Source: Clostridia bacterium
GTDB lineage: Bacteria > Bacillota > Clostridia > UMGS1883
Length of the DNA: 64,000 nucleotides
Assembly (NCBI GenBank): GCA_051866635.1
Contig: JBJDXJ010000014.1
Span: forward strand, 1 to 64,000
Direction of reading: 5' to 3'
Shown here: positions 27,417 through 38,547 of the stretch, piece after piece
Layout of the letters: each line of letters starts with the position of its first letter
Position numbering within the stretch: the stretch's first letter is position 1
Translations under genes and position numbers: made by a program
The notes under the pieces: model-generated
What the model was told of the DNA's origin: nothing
Database searches by the model: none
What the model saw: only the letters and a program-made list of their open reading frames with translations

Positions 27417-28889
27417 ATGGACTACTTTAAAAAGGAATATGAATTTCTTCCCTGGAACAACCTTACAGAAGAAGAAAAGGCGGAACAAAAAGAGTGGCAA
27501 AAAAGCCTTTCGGAGCACTACGATGTAAGTTTTGGGGAAAACAGCGTAGTTTCAAAGGAGGCTTATCTTTATTCGGTAAAGGGCAGTTTCGGCATGCATA
27601 CTTTAATTGGGTCCCATGCACTGCTCAGGTGCCTTGAAATTACAGCAGGGGATAACTGTTCCTTTAATACATACTGTGTTGTGCACGGCAAAATAACTTT
27701 AGGTGACAACGTGCGTATTGCACCGGGGGCTAAAATTTTTGGCGAAAACCACGGCTTTTCAAGAACCGATATACCCATCTGCACCCAGCCTAACACCAGT
27801 CGAGGCATTGTTATTGACTCAGATGTGTGGATTGGTGCAAACGCTGTTATAACAGACGGCGTAAAAGTAGGTGCCCACAGTATTATAGGCGGGGGAAGTG
27901 TTGTCACACGGGATGTTCCCCCATACTCTGTTGTGGGCGGTAACCCTGCCCGTGTTATAAAAAGCAGACTTAATGATGTTTCCTATGAGCTTATAGAAAG
28001 CGTGAAGAGTTTCGGCAAAGAAATGAGGGAAAAAGCACCTTACTTTTTGTCGGCACACTTTGAAAACGGTGAGTATATCAACGCAAAAACCGATAGGGAA
28101 AAGTTCCGTGCAATTTGTGATGCGGTGGAAATTGCCGCAATGTTCGGCTTTTTTCCAAATGAATTGACAATTGATGAAATAAAGGGTAGAATAAAGGATA
28201 TGCAAAAGGATGAAAATAATTATGAAAGCGTTATGAGTGCATCCTACGCATTGGAGATATTGGGCGAAAAGCCTATCGAGTTCACCTTTTGCAATATGGA
28301 TATGTGGGATTATCTTGAGTCATTGAAATGGGAAACGGACCCATGGGATGCAGGTCACTATACAGACATATTGGCATCGGCATTGTATTTTAATAAAAAA
28401 TACTATGGCGGTAAGATGCCTTCTGACCTTTTCACGTACCTTAATCTTAAACAAAACCCCTCGGGTACCTGGGGATGTGGCGATATACACCTTCAGGTCA
28501 ACGGCTACTACCGTACAGTCAGGGGTACCTATGCCCAGTTCGGGTTTAAGGTTCCCGAATGTGAAAATATTATTGATACAATACTTGATTATTCAAAGTG
28601 CGTGGGAGTACCTGATAACGCTTGTGATGCCCTTGACATTATCCATCCTTTATACTATGCCTCAAAGTTTACCCATCACAGAAAAAGTGAATGTGAAGAG
28701 TGGTGCGTGAAAATGCTTCCCGTGTTTATGTCAATGATGAAAGAAGATGGTTTCTCCTTTGAAGTAGGGGGAGAGGCAAGTTTAAAGGGCACAGAAATGT
28801 GGCTTAGTATTATTTACCTTATGTGCGATTATGTGAACATTGCCACTTATTTAGGCTATGAGCCAAAGGGTGTTCATCGCACAAAGTGA
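27417..28889 (+). CDS. Hexapeptide-repeat acyltransferase fused to a C-terminal helical (alpha/alpha-toroid-like) domain
   Basis: LbH 'DVWIGANAVITDGVKVGAHSIIGGGSVVTRDVP...GNPAR'; C-terminal 'W...PW.AG...G.WG.....VNGYYR..RGTY'. Confidence 0.75.
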   Translation: MDYFKKEYEFLPWNNLTEEEKAEQKEWQKSLSEHYDVSFGENSVVSKEAYLYSVKGSFGMHTLIGSHALLRCLEITAGDNCSFNTYCVVHGKITLGDNVRIAPGAKIFGENHGFSRTDIPICTQPNTSRGIVIDSDVWIGANAVITDGVKVGAHSIIGGGSVVTRDVPPYSVVGGNPARVIKSRLNDVSYELIESVKSFGKEMREKAPYFLSAHFENGEYINAKTDREKFRAICDAVEIAAMFGFFPNELTIDEIKGRIKDMQKDENNYESVMSASYALEILGEKPIEFTFCNMDMWDYLESLKWETDPWDAGHYTDILASALYFNKKYYGGKMPSDLFTYLNLKQNPSGTWGCGDIHLQVNGYYRTVRGTYAQFGFKVPECENIIDTILDYSKCVGVPDNACDALDIIHPLYYASKFTHHRKSECEEWCVKMLPVFMSMMKEDGFSFEVGGEASLKGTEMWLSIIYLMCDYVNIATYLGYEPKGVHRTK

Positions 28890-30327
28890 GGCGATAGATT
28901 TGATTACAGAAGTAAACTTTACAAAATTCAACGGCTGTCCAAGGCAGGCATATTTACTCAGCAGTAAGCTTGGAGGCTCCGACAAAAACCGCAGTGAAGG
29001 TGCAATCAGTGCGGGACGGCTCAGAAATGTTCAGCGTGATATGTTAAAAAGTTTTCCCGGCGGGGTAACGGTGTACGGTGACGTGAAGCATGCCGCCATT
29101 GACACCCGTCTTCTTATTGATAAAGGGGCTGAGGTTATTTATAACGCAACATTTGTTTACCGTAACTTTTCGGCACGCTGTGATGTGATTGTGGCACATG
29201 AGGGCGTTTACGACATTTATGCGGTAAGGCCTACGGCACGCTATACTCGTTGGATTGACGAAGTGCTTTACGATAAAATTATCATGAAAATGGCAGGCGT
29301 TAATGTGGGACGCTGTTTAATATGTGCCATTAATAAAGAAGGGGAGAAAAACAATATCCTTTCTGTTATAAATGTGGACAACGAAAAAAGGCAACAAAAG
29401 CTTTATGAAAAAATAAAATGTATTGCAGGATATATTGAAAGTGGCTATCTTCCAAAGCCTGAGCTTTCAAAGCAGTGCGGTGCATGTACATGCTTTAAAA
29501 ACTGCTTTGGTGACCGTGAGGACAGTATTTTTTCAATAAAATCACTGCAGTTTCCCAAAAAGATGAGCTTATACAAAAGCGGTATAACAACGGTGGATAA
29601 ATATTTGTCTCTTCCCAATGCTGACGAAAGGGTAATACGTGAAATAAAGGTAAGACAAACAGATGAAGACGTATACAATAAAGAGGAAATAAAAGCTTTT
29701 TTAAATAAACTTTCTTACCCTTTGGGCTTTCTTGACTTTGAAACAATGGAGGTTTTTGTACCAAATGACCCCATATTGTCACCTATGGATACGGTTATAA
29801 CACAGTTTTCATACCATGTTATCGAAAAAGAAGGGGAAAAGCCCAAGCATTACGAATTTATCGGCGACGGAGAAAGCTACTGCGAAAGAGAAGTAGCCGA
29901 GCTTCTTATAAAATACATAGGGAAAGACCATACTGTTTTAATGTATTCTGATTATGAAAGAATTTGCATTGACCGCATTATAAAAAGGCTTCCGGAATAT
30001 AGTGCGGATTTGGAGGCTATATGTAAAAACCTTGTGGATTTGGAAAAGCCTTTTGCAAAAAAGCACCTCGTGAACAGGCGGATGGAAGGAAAGAGCAGTT
30101 TGAAAAAAGTTTTGCCTGCCCTTTATCCCGATGATGAAAGCCTAAGCTACAGTAAAATGAAAATTCAGAACGGCCAACAGGCTGAAAGCGTATATGCAAG
30201 ACTTCACAAGATGACGGGTGAAGAAAAACAAAAGGCCATAAGTGATTTAAAGGATTACTGTGCCTTAGATACCTTGGCAATGATAAAACTTTGGGAAAGA
30301 CTTGAATATTACGGCAAAATGATGTAG
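28858..30327 (+). CDS. DUF2779-domain predicted nuclease (RNase H-like C-terminus)
   Basis: 'YPLGFLDFET', 'QFS.H', 'VDL..PF', 'SLKKVLPAL', 'YCALDTLAM'; start uncertain. Confidence 0.8.
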   Translation: MSQRVFIAQSEAIDLITEVNFTKFNGCPRQAYLLSSKLGGSDKNRSEGAISAGRLRNVQRDMLKSFPGGVTVYGDVKHAAIDTRLLIDKGAEVIYNATFVYRNFSARCDVIVAHEGVYDIYAVRPTARYTRWIDEVLYDKIIMKMAGVNVGRCLICAINKEGEKNNILSVINVDNEKRQQKLYEKIKCIAGYIESGYLPKPELSKQCGACTCFKNCFGDREDSIFSIKSLQFPKKMSLYKSGITTVDKYLSLPNADERVIREIKVRQTDEDVYNKEEIKAFLNKLSYPLGFLDFETMEVFVPNDPILSPMDTVITQFSYHVIEKEGEKPKHYEFIGDGESYCEREVAELLIKYIGKDHTVLMYSDYERICIDRIIKRLPEYSADLEAICKNLVDLEKPFAKKHLVNRRMEGKSSLKKVLPALYPDDESLSYSKMKIQNGQQAESVYARLHKMTGEEKQKAISDLKDYCALDTLAMIKLWERLEYYGKMM

Positions 30328-30355
30328 ACTGTGGAAGGTGAAAGGAAATGATTAA

Positions 30356-31198
30356 ATGAACGCACTTGTACTTGAAGGCGGCGGCTCACGGGGATTATAC
30401 ACCGCCGGAGTTTTGGACGCATTTTTGGATTATAATATAAATTTTGATAATTGCTACTCTGTTTCCGCAGGGGCAACCTTCGGACAGAATTTTATTACCC
30501 GTCAACATGGCAGAACATACGATATAACTATGAAATACATGAACGACTGGCGTTATTGCAGTAAACGCAGTCTGATTTTAACAGGGAATATGGTGGGTGT
30601 AAAATTTGTTTATGACACCCTTCCTAACAAATTGGAACCTGTGGATTATGAGGCTTTTAAAAATAACCCCACTAATTTTTACACTGTTTGTGCCAATGTT
30701 GAAACAGGCGAGGTTGAATATCTTCATGTTGAGGACTTAAAGCGTGATATGGACATGATCCGTGCTTCCGCCTCTCTTCCCATTATCTCCCGTATGGTGA
30801 ATATTAACGGCAAAAAATATCTTGATGGAGGCATACTTGACTCTATTCCGGTAAAATATAGTTTAGAGCATGGAAACGACAAGGCTGTTGTAATACTTAC
30901 ACAGCATAAGGGCTTTGTTAAAAAGCCTTCGAAGGAAGTGACATATATTAAAAAACTCTACGGAAGAAAGTATCCCAAGTTTGCCGAAGCTGCCGCAACA
31001 AGGCACGTACGCTATAACGAAGCGTTAGATTTTATTGACGAGCATGAGGGTAAGGACGTATTTGTATTCCGTCCCAAACATCCCGTTGATGTGGCAAGGA
31101 TGGAGCTTGACCATGACAAGCTGGATAAGCTTTATCATGAGGGCTACGAAGATGCAGTAGAACAAATGGATAATTTGAAAACCTTTCTTAAAAAGTGA
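30356..31198 (+). CDS. Patatin-like phospholipase
   Basis: 'LVLEGGGSRG', 'VSAG', 'LDGG'. Confidence 0.92.
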   Translation: MNALVLEGGGSRGLYTAGVLDAFLDYNINFDNCYSVSAGATFGQNFITRQHGRTYDITMKYMNDWRYCSKRSLILTGNMVGVKFVYDTLPNKLEPVDYEAFKNNPTNFYTVCANVETGEVEYLHVEDLKRDMDMIRASASLPIISRMVNINGKKYLDGGILDSIPVKYSLEHGNDKAVVILTQHKGFVKKPSKEVTYIKKLYGRKYPKFAEAAATRHVRYNEALDFIDEHEGKDVFVFRPKHPVDVARMELDHDKLDKLYHEGYEDAVEQMDNLKTFLKK

Positions 31199-31209
31199 GG
31201 AGAATGAAA

Positions 31210-34095
31210 ATGTTAGTATTGAATGAGCCTGTTTACGGGTTTATATTTGACCGTAAGGAATATGTGGAGGAAATCCAAAGCGATGTATATATAGGCAAGC
31301 ATATAAAAAGCGGTGCACGTATTATGTATGTTGCAAGTGAAGATGAAAACAAGGTTTTTTCCATAAGCTTTAAAACAGTGCCTGAAAATGACACAGGTGT
31401 TATGCATATACTGGAGCACAGCGTGTTGAACGGAAGTGACAAATACCCTGTCCGTGAACCATTTGTTGAGCTTTTGAAAAGCAGTATGCAAACCTTCTTA
31501 AACGCTATGACATATCCCGATAAAACAATGTACCCCGTTGCAAGCTGTAACGAAAAGGACTTTGAAAACCTTATGGATGTGTATCTTGATGCTGTTTTTC
31601 ACCCTGCAATATATAATAAAAAGGAAATCTTTTTGCAGGAGGGCTGGCATTACGAAGGCGGCGAAAACGAATGTTTCCGTGGCGTTGTATATAACGAAAT
31701 GAAGGGCGAAATGAGCAGTGAAGATTCTGTTTTGACAGAGCTTTTGCAAAATACCATCTTCCCCGATGTTTGCTATGCGAAAAATTCAGGCGGTGCACCT
31801 GAGGCAATACCAAACCTTACCTATGAAGAATTTATCAAAACTCATAAAAAGTTTTATCATCCCGAAAACAGCTATATTTACCTTTACGGTAAAATGGATA
31901 TTGAAGAAAAGCTCCGCCTTATAGACGAAGGGTATCTTAATAAATACGACAGAATTAATGCGGATATAAAGATAGGCATACAACAGGATAAGGGTCTACT
32001 TGAAAATTACGGAAAATACGACTCCGACGAAGATGAAAAGGTTGCAACCCATTACGCAATGGGCTTTAAGGCGGCTGAATTTACAGACAATGAAAAACTT
32101 CTTGCAATTGACATTCTTTTAAATATAGTTGCATCGAATAATGAAGCACCGCTTAAAAAGGCACTTTTAGACAGGGGCATATGTGAAGATATGTGGGCAT
32201 ACCTTGATGACCAGCTTATATCCCCTTATGTTTGTGTTGCAATGAAAAGATGTGATAACGATGATGAAAAGATAAAAACTGCCTTTTATGAAATCGTTTC
32301 CGACATCTTAAAAAAAGGAATTGACAAAGAGTTAATAGAGGCAAATATCAATCAGACTGAATTTAAACTCAGGGAAGCGGAATTTGGCGGTCAGCCCCAA
32401 GGTCTTATTTACTGCACATGGGTTATGGCTTCCTGGCTTTACGGTGGTGACCCTACGGCACGTCTCACATATGAAAAAGAGCTTAAAAGCATTCGTGAAA
32501 AGGCAAAGGGTGACTATTTTGAAAAACTTTTGGAAGAGCTTTTCTTAAAATCCACTCACAGTGCCTTTGTTAAAATAGTGCCCGATAAAAACTACGGGGA
32601 ATTAAAGGCGGAAAAAGAAAGAGAAAGAGTTGCCGCATACCGTGAGAAAATCGGCGAAGAAGGTCTTTTAAAAGCAAAAGAGGAATTTGAAAGCCTTCAA
32701 AGAATGCAAAACGCAGTAGATTCACCCGAGGCTCTCAAAACTATTCCCGTGCTTGATTTAAAATATATTAATCCCGAAACGGAAGATATACCCATGGTGG
32801 AAAGATGTGAAAAGGACACTAATATTTTATATCATCCCATTACAACAAAGAAAATCCTTTACGGAAGAATGTTCTTTGACGCAGGTAATCTCAATATAGA
32901 GGATTTAACATATGCCGCTTTGGCAGTAAGGCTTATAGGCAGGTTGGGAACAGATAAGCTCACTGCAACAGAGGTAATAAACCGTATAAAGATTGAACTT
33001 GGTGCATTTGGTGCAGGTGTGGATATTTTTACCCCTGTGGATAACCCCGGCAAAGTAAGTGCAAAGGTAAGGGTGAGTTTCTCTGCCTTAGAGGATAATA
33101 TTGAAAACGCAGTTAGCCTTGTGGGCGAGCTTATAAATAATACCGATTTTACAAACGTGGGCGAAATCAAGAAAATGCTTTTACAGGAAAAAATGAACCT
33201 GGAAAACTCCATGATACGAAGCGGCCACAGTGCGGCATTAGTCCGTTCCATGAGCTACTTCTCCAAGGAGGCAGCCTTAAGCCAGAAGCTCAGCGGTGTT
33301 GACTATTACTTCTTTATCAAAGAATTATGTCAGTCCTTTGCCTTAAAGACGGTTGAAAAAATGACAACTGCCTTAAGAAAAGTTATTAATAAAGATAACT
33401 TAGTCCTTTCCATAACAGGTGACGAAGGCATTTACAAAAAGACAATTGAAAACATTGAAAAGTTTAATCTGCCCTGTGGCGAAAAAAGTAACGGCTACTT
33501 TAATATTGAATGTGAAGTAAAGAACGAAGGGGTAATTATCCCAACAGATGTTGCCTATGTTGCAAAAAGTGCCAATGTAAAAATGGCAGATAAAAAGGTT
33601 AATGGCAGTATGTTTGTCTTATCCCACATTCTCACCTATGACTACCTTTGGAACACCATAAGGGCAAAGGGCGGTGCATACGGCACAGGCTTTACTGTAA
33701 ATTTATCAGGAGATATGGGCGTATATTCCTACCGTGACCCCAACTTAAAGGCAACTGTTACAGCATTTGACAAGATTAATGAGTATCTTAGAGAATTTAA
33801 CCCCGACGAAAGAGAAATGACAAAATATATCATAGGTGCAGTTGCCGCAACTGACAAACCAAAGTCACCTAATACAAAGGGTGCAAGAAGTGACAGCGAC
33901 TATTTCACACATATAACAAAGGATATGCGTAACAGTATAAGACGCCAAATGCTTGAGACAAAAGTTTGTGACATAAGAGACATGGCGGAAACCCTTAAAA
34001 CACTTATGGATAAAAACATGGTTTGCGTTTTCAGCTCCAAGAGCAAAATTGAAGAAAACGGTGACCTCTTTAAAAACAAAATCACCATTAAATAA
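31210..34095 (+). CDS. M16C insulinase-family metallopeptidase (PreP-like)
   Basis: 'HILEHSVL.GS.KYP', 'FLNAMTYPD', 'GVVYNEMKG', 'IRAKGGAYG'. Confidence 0.93.
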   Translation: MLVLNEPVYGFIFDRKEYVEEIQSDVYIGKHIKSGARIMYVASEDENKVFSISFKTVPENDTGVMHILEHSVLNGSDKYPVREPFVELLKSSMQTFLNAMTYPDKTMYPVASCNEKDFENLMDVYLDAVFHPAIYNKKEIFLQEGWHYEGGENECFRGVVYNEMKGEMSSEDSVLTELLQNTIFPDVCYAKNSGGAPEAIPNLTYEEFIKTHKKFYHPENSYIYLYGKMDIEEKLRLIDEGYLNKYDRINADIKIGIQQDKGLLENYGKYDSDEDEKVATHYAMGFKAAEFTDNEKLLAIDILLNIVASNNEAPLKKALLDRGICEDMWAYLDDQLISPYVCVAMKRCDNDDEKIKTAFYEIVSDILKKGIDKELIEANINQTEFKLREAEFGGQPQGLIYCTWVMASWLYGGDPTARLTYEKELKSIREKAKGDYFEKLLEELFLKSTHSAFVKIVPDKNYGELKAEKERERVAAYREKIGEEGLLKAKEEFESLQRMQNAVDSPEALKTIPVLDLKYINPETEDIPMVERCEKDTNILYHPITTKKILYGRMFFDAGNLNIEDLTYAALAVRLIGRLGTDKLTATEVINRIKIELGAFGAGVDIFTPVDNPGKVSAKVRVSFSALEDNIENAVSLVGELINNTDFTNVGEIKKMLLQEKMNLENSMIRSGHSAALVRSMSYFSKEAALSQKLSGVDYYFFIKELCQSFALKTVEKMTTALRKVINKDNLVLSITGDEGIYKKTIENIEKFNLPCGEKSNGYFNIECEVKNEGVIIPTDVAYVAKSANVKMADKKVNGSMFVLSHILTYDYLWNTIRAKGGAYGTGFTVNLSGDMGVYSYRDPNLKATVTAFDKINEYLREFNPDEREMTKYIIGAVAATDKPKSPNTKGARSDSDYFTHITKDMRNSIRRQMLETKVCDIRDMAETLKTLMDKNMVCVFSSKSKIEENGDLFKNKITIK

Positions 34096-34107
34096 AAGGA
34101 TAAAAAA

Positions 34108-35661
34108 ATGAGTATTTTAAACGTTGAACACGTAACCCACGGCTTTGGCGGAAGGCAAATCTTATCCGATGCCTCCTTCCGCCTCCTTAAGGGGGAACAT
34201 ATAGGTCTGGTTGGTGCTAACGGTGAAGGCAAGTCAACCTTTCTTAACATTATAACAGGTAAATTAACCCCCGACGAAGGTAAGGTTGAATGGTGCAAAA
34301 GAATAACAACAGGTTATCTTGACCAGTATTCCACCCTTACAAAGGGAAAAACAATATACGATGTGTTAAAGGAAGCCTTTTCCCATCTTACAGACCTTGA
34401 AAAAGAAATCATGGAAACATATGAGAAAATGGCAACTGCCACAGATGATGAAATTAATCTTATGATGGAAGATGTAGGGGAAATGCAGGAAATTCTTGAT
34501 ATGTCCGGCTACTACATGATTGACACAAAAATAAGCGAATATGCAACAGGGCTGGGGCTTAATGAAATCGGTCTTGACCGTGATGTAAGCGAGCTTTCGG
34601 GCGGACAAAGGGCAAAGGTTTTGCTTGCAAAAGTCCTTTTGGAAAACCCCATGATACTTATTTTGGACGAACCTACAAACTTTCTTGACGAAAACCACAT
34701 ACGCTGGCTTACAAATTTCTTGCAGAATTACGAAAACGCATTTATATTGGTAAGCCACGATATACCATTTTTAAACAGTGTAATAAATGTTGTTTACCAT
34801 CTTGAAAACACCACTCTTACACGCTACAGCGGTGATTACAGGTTCTTTGAAGAAAGCTATGCCTTAAAAAAGCGTCAATTAGAAGCCGCCTATGCAAAAC
34901 AGCAGAAAGAAATTGCCGATTTGGAGGACTTTGTTGCACGTAACAAGGCCCGTGCGGCAACGGCTACACTTGCCCGTTCAAGGCAGAAACAGCTTGACAA
35001 AATGGAAAAAATAACACTTGCACCCCAAAAGGTGAAGCCGGAATTTAATTTTAAAAGCGACCGTACACCCGGCAGGGTTGTAATAAGTGCAAAAAATCTT
35101 GTCATAGGCTATGACTCACCCCTTACAAAAAAGTGGGACTTAATTGTTGAACGTAACAAAAAAATAGCAATACGAGGCGTCAACGGCTTAGGTAAGTCAA
35201 CCCTTTTGAAAACGCTCCTTGGTATTATCCCACCCTTTGAGGGGGAAATTGAACATGACCAGTTTATGAGCGTGGGCTATTTTGAACAGGAGGAAATTGC
35301 CTCCTCTAAAACCGCACTTGAAGAAATATGGGACCTGTACCCATCCCTTACAAATGCGGAAGCCAGAGCCGCCCTTGCAAAGTGCGGACTTACAACAGAG
35401 CATATTACAAGCCAGATGAAGGTTTTGTCAGGTGGCGAAAATGCAAAGGTACGCCTTTGTAAATTAATGCTTAAAGAGGTAAACCTTCTTGTATTGGACG
35501 AACCTACAAACCATCTTGATGTGGACGCTAAAGAGGATTTAAAGCGTGCAGTTAAAGAATTTAAAGGTACTGTGCTTTTAGTAAGCCACGACCCTGATTT
35601 CTACAACGCCGTTTGTGACGAAATCTGGGATTTGGAAGATAAGACAACAAAAATCATATAA
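34108..35661 (+). CDS. ABC-F family ATPase
   Basis: Two ABC domains (GANGEGKST, GVNGLGKST; LSGG; DEPTN) and no TM segments. Confidence 0.93.
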   Translation: MSILNVEHVTHGFGGRQILSDASFRLLKGEHIGLVGANGEGKSTFLNIITGKLTPDEGKVEWCKRITTGYLDQYSTLTKGKTIYDVLKEAFSHLTDLEKEIMETYEKMATATDDEINLMMEDVGEMQEILDMSGYYMIDTKISEYATGLGLNEIGLDRDVSELSGGQRAKVLLAKVLLENPMILILDEPTNFLDENHIRWLTNFLQNYENAFILVSHDIPFLNSVINVVYHLENTTLTRYSGDYRFFEESYALKKRQLEAAYAKQQKEIADLEDFVARNKARAATATLARSRQKQLDKMEKITLAPQKVKPEFNFKSDRTPGRVVISAKNLVIGYDSPLTKKWDLIVERNKKIAIRGVNGLGKSTLLKTLLGIIPPFEGEIEHDQFMSVGYFEQEEIASSKTALEEIWDLYPSLTNAEARAALAKCGLTTEHITSQMKVLSGGENAKVRLCKLMLKEVNLLVLDEPTNHLDVDAKEDLKRAVKEFKGTVLLVSHDPDFYNAVCDEIWDLEDKTTKII

Positions 35662-35676
35662 AGGGAGGCGTAGATT

Positions 35677-36165
35677 ATGTATGCTTTAGTCGCCCAAGGC
35701 TTAGGCATTGTGGCAATGATTTGCTCTGTTATGAGTTTTCAGCTTGACACAAAGAAGAAAATTATTATAATGCAGATAGTAACCTCTATCATTTTTGCAA
35801 CACATTATTTTATGATAGGTGCCATAACGGCGGCAGTTGTAAATATGATTGCCATTTTGCGTAACGGTGTTTTTTACAAAAAGAACACACCATTTACCGT
35901 TACCCTTTTTTGCATAATAATGGCAGGCAGTGCCCTTTTATCATGGCAAGGTCCAATTTCCCTTTTAATGTGCGTTGGCATGATTTTTAACACCCTTGCA
36001 GTTGCGGCAAAAATGCCTGTTGATACGCGGAAAAGAATTCTTATTTCATCACCCTTTGTACTTATTTACAATATTTTTGTATTCAGCATAGGCGGCATTA
36101 TAAACGAAAGTGCCGTTATTATAATTACAACAGTTACACTTATTAAGGAATTGAGGAAAAAGTAA
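35677..36165 (+). CDS. YgjV-family inner membrane protein
   Basis: 'AQGLG', 'HYFMIGA', 'YN....S.GGI.NE'. Confidence 0.8.
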   Translation: MYALVAQGLGIVAMICSVMSFQLDTKKKIIIMQIVTSIIFATHYFMIGAITAAVVNMIAILRNGVFYKKNTPFTVTLFCIIMAGSALLSWQGPISLLMCVGMIFNTLAVAAKMPVDTRKRILISSPFVLIYNIFVFSIGGIINESAVIIITTVTLIKELRKK

Positions 36166-36944
36166 TGATACATGAAAAAATTTCCTTGCGTAATAGCGAA
36201 AATGTGTACATGGAAACATACATAACAGATGATTGTCTTGATAAAAATACAAAGAGGCCCTTGGTTGTCATTTGCCCCGGTGGGGGATATAACCATTGCA
36301 GTAAACGTGAAGCTGAACCTGTAGCATTAAGTTTTAACGCGAAAGGTATACATGCTGTTGTGGTGTATTACAGTTTGAATAAACTTTTCCCCGCATCACT
36401 TGAGGACTTGTCAAAAGCTGTTGTATTAGTACGTGAAAACGCAGAAAAATGGAATGTTGACGAAAACAAAATAATACTTTGCGGCTTTTCTGCCGGCGGT
36501 CATTTAGCGGCAAGTTTAGGCGTGTTCTGGGACAATCTCGAAGGGATAAAGCGTAAGGACATGAAAAACAAACCCAACGGTATGATACTTTCCTATCCTG
36601 TAATAACATCGGGGGAAAAAGCACACCGTGGCAGTATTGACACAATAAGCGGTAATGATAAAGATATTAAAGAGCTTGTAAGCTTAGAAAAGCGTGTTAC
36701 AAAATCCACACCGCCTGTCTTTATATGGCACACCTTCACTGATGAACTGGTTCCTGTGGAAAACAGTATTTACATGATTGAAGCCTTGGCTAAAAATAAA
36801 ATCCCCACAGAAGCACATATTTACCCGAAGGGGATTCACGGCTTGTCCCTTGGAACGGATGTTGTGGCGGCAGGGGACTATGGCGTGGTGGAAGAAGTGC
36901 AAGGCTGGATTATTGATGCAATAAGGTGGATAAAAAATCTATAA
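36165..36944 (+). CDS. Alpha/beta hydrolase (esterase)
   Basis: 'ICPGGGY', 'GFSAGGHL', 'D..VP', 'HGLSL'. Confidence 0.9.
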   Translation: MIHEKISLRNSENVYMETYITDDCLDKNTKRPLVVICPGGGYNHCSKREAEPVALSFNAKGIHAVVVYYSLNKLFPASLEDLSKAVVLVRENAEKWNVDENKIILCGFSAGGHLAASLGVFWDNLEGIKRKDMKNKPNGMILSYPVITSGEKAHRGSIDTISGNDKDIKELVSLEKRVTKSTPPVFIWHTFTDELVPVENSIYMIEALAKNKIPTEAHIYPKGIHGLSLGTDVVAAGDYGVVEEVQGWIIDAIRWIKNL

Positions 36945-37042
36945 TGTTTTTCGGTATTTTTTAAATCTCTCTTGTATTTTTCGCCAAATTTTGCTATCAT
37001 ATAAAAAGAAAGAGTTAATATTTATATAAAGGGTGGTTGAAA

Positions 37043-38539
37043 ATGATTTATCAAAGCATTGACAAGCTGGTTTCTTACGGTATTATGACCGATTTAATTA
37101 AGGAAACGGACAAAATGTATGTAATTAACAGGCTTTTGGAAAAGCTGGGCTTAGATGCCTACGAGCCTACAGGTGCCGTATGTAACAAAGCGGAAGAGCT
37201 TGACGAAATTTTAAAAGATATTTTAGACTATGCTGTAGAAAAGGGCCTTATCGAAAACGACAGCGTTGTTTACCGTGATATTTTCGATACAGAGGTTATG
37301 GACATTTTAACGCCCTATCCCTCCACTGTTATTGACAAGTTTAATAATCTTTACGAAAAGAGCAGTAAAGCGGCAACAGATTACTTCTACAAGCTTTCCT
37401 GCGATAATAACTATATAAGACGTGGCAGAATTAAAAAGGACGTTAAGTGGACTGTAAATTCGCCCTACGGTGAAATTGAAATTACAATTAACCGTTCCAA
37501 GCCCGAAAAGGACCCCAAGGCTATTGCGGCGGCTAAACTCCAGAAATCCGTAAGCTACCCTGCCTGCCAGCTTTGCGTTGAAAACGAAGGCTACAAGGGC
37601 AGAGTAAATCACCCTGCAAGGGCAAACCACAGAATTATCCCCATTAAGATTGCCTCACAGGATTGGTGCTTCCAGTATTCACCCTATGTTTATTATAACG
37701 AGCATTGCATCGTATTTAATTCTAAACACGTACCTATGGTTATTGACGATAAGGTTTTCGGAAAATTACTTGACTTTATTACACGCTTTAACCATTACAT
37801 AGTAGGTTCAAATGCAGATTTGCCCATCGTTGGCGGTTCCATCCTTACACATGAACATTTCCAGGGCGGTAACCATGTGTTTGCAATGCATAAGGCACAA
37901 AGCGAAAAGTTCTACACAATTGCCGGATACGAAGATGTTGAAGTAAGCAGACTTAACTGGCCTATGAGCGTTATCAGACTTAAGAGCGATAATACAGAAA
38001 AGATTTGCTCTCTTTCTTCTAAGATACTTTCTGCATGGCGTGGTTACACAGACGAAGATGCGTTCATTTTTGCCGAAACAGAGGGCACTCCCCATAACAC
38101 AATAACTCCCATCGCTTCCATGGCTGACGGCAAGTACGTTATGGACCTTGTTCTCCGTAACAACATCACAACAGAAGAACATCCCATGGGCGTATATCAT
38201 CCCCATAGCGAATATCACCATATTAAAAAGGAAAACATCGGTCTTATTGAAGTTATGGGTCTTGCAGTTCTTCCTGCCCGTCTTGTTGAAGAACTTGACG
38301 CAGTTGCAGACTGCCTTGTTAATAACAAACCTATGAATACTCCCGAAACGGAAAGTCATGCTGCATGGGCAGAAATGATTAAGGCAAACTATAAAGATAT
38401 CAACGAGGGTAACGTAATGGATATCCTCCACGATGAAGTGGGTAAGGTGTTCGTTGGCGTACTTGAACATGCAGGCGTTTACAAGCGTGACGATAGAGGC
38501 AAGGAAGCCTTTGACAGATTCATGGCAACAATTAAATAA
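37043..38539 (+). CDS. galT: Galactose-1-phosphate uridylyltransferase (Firmicutes type II)
   Basis: 'SKPEKDPK', 'QYSPYVYYNEHCI', 'GSNADLPIVGGSIL.HEHFQGG', 'HHIKKENIGLIEVMG'. Confidence 0.95.
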   Translation: MIYQSIDKLVSYGIMTDLIKETDKMYVINRLLEKLGLDAYEPTGAVCNKAEELDEILKDILDYAVEKGLIENDSVVYRDIFDTEVMDILTPYPSTVIDKFNNLYEKSSKAATDYFYKLSCDNNYIRRGRIKKDVKWTVNSPYGEIEITINRSKPEKDPKAIAAAKLQKSVSYPACQLCVENEGYKGRVNHPARANHRIIPIKIASQDWCFQYSPYVYYNEHCIVFNSKHVPMVIDDKVFGKLLDFITRFNHYIVGSNADLPIVGGSILTHEHFQGGNHVFAMHKAQSEKFYTIAGYEDVEVSRLNWPMSVIRLKSDNTEKICSLSSKILSAWRGYTDEDAFIFAETEGTPHNTITPIASMADGKYVMDLVLRNNITTEEHPMGVYHPHSEYHHIKKENIGLIEVMGLAVLPARLVEELDAVADCLVNNKPMNTPETESHAAWAEMIKANYKDINEGNVMDILHDEVGKVFVGVLEHAGVYKRDDRGKEAFDRFMATIK

Positions 38540-38547
38540 TTTACAAG

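Noticed and set aside
34108-35661. ABC-F protein as an antibiotic resistance gene
   Set aside because: Housekeeping context and no feature I can see that ties it to the ARE subfamilies; a phylogeny would be needed
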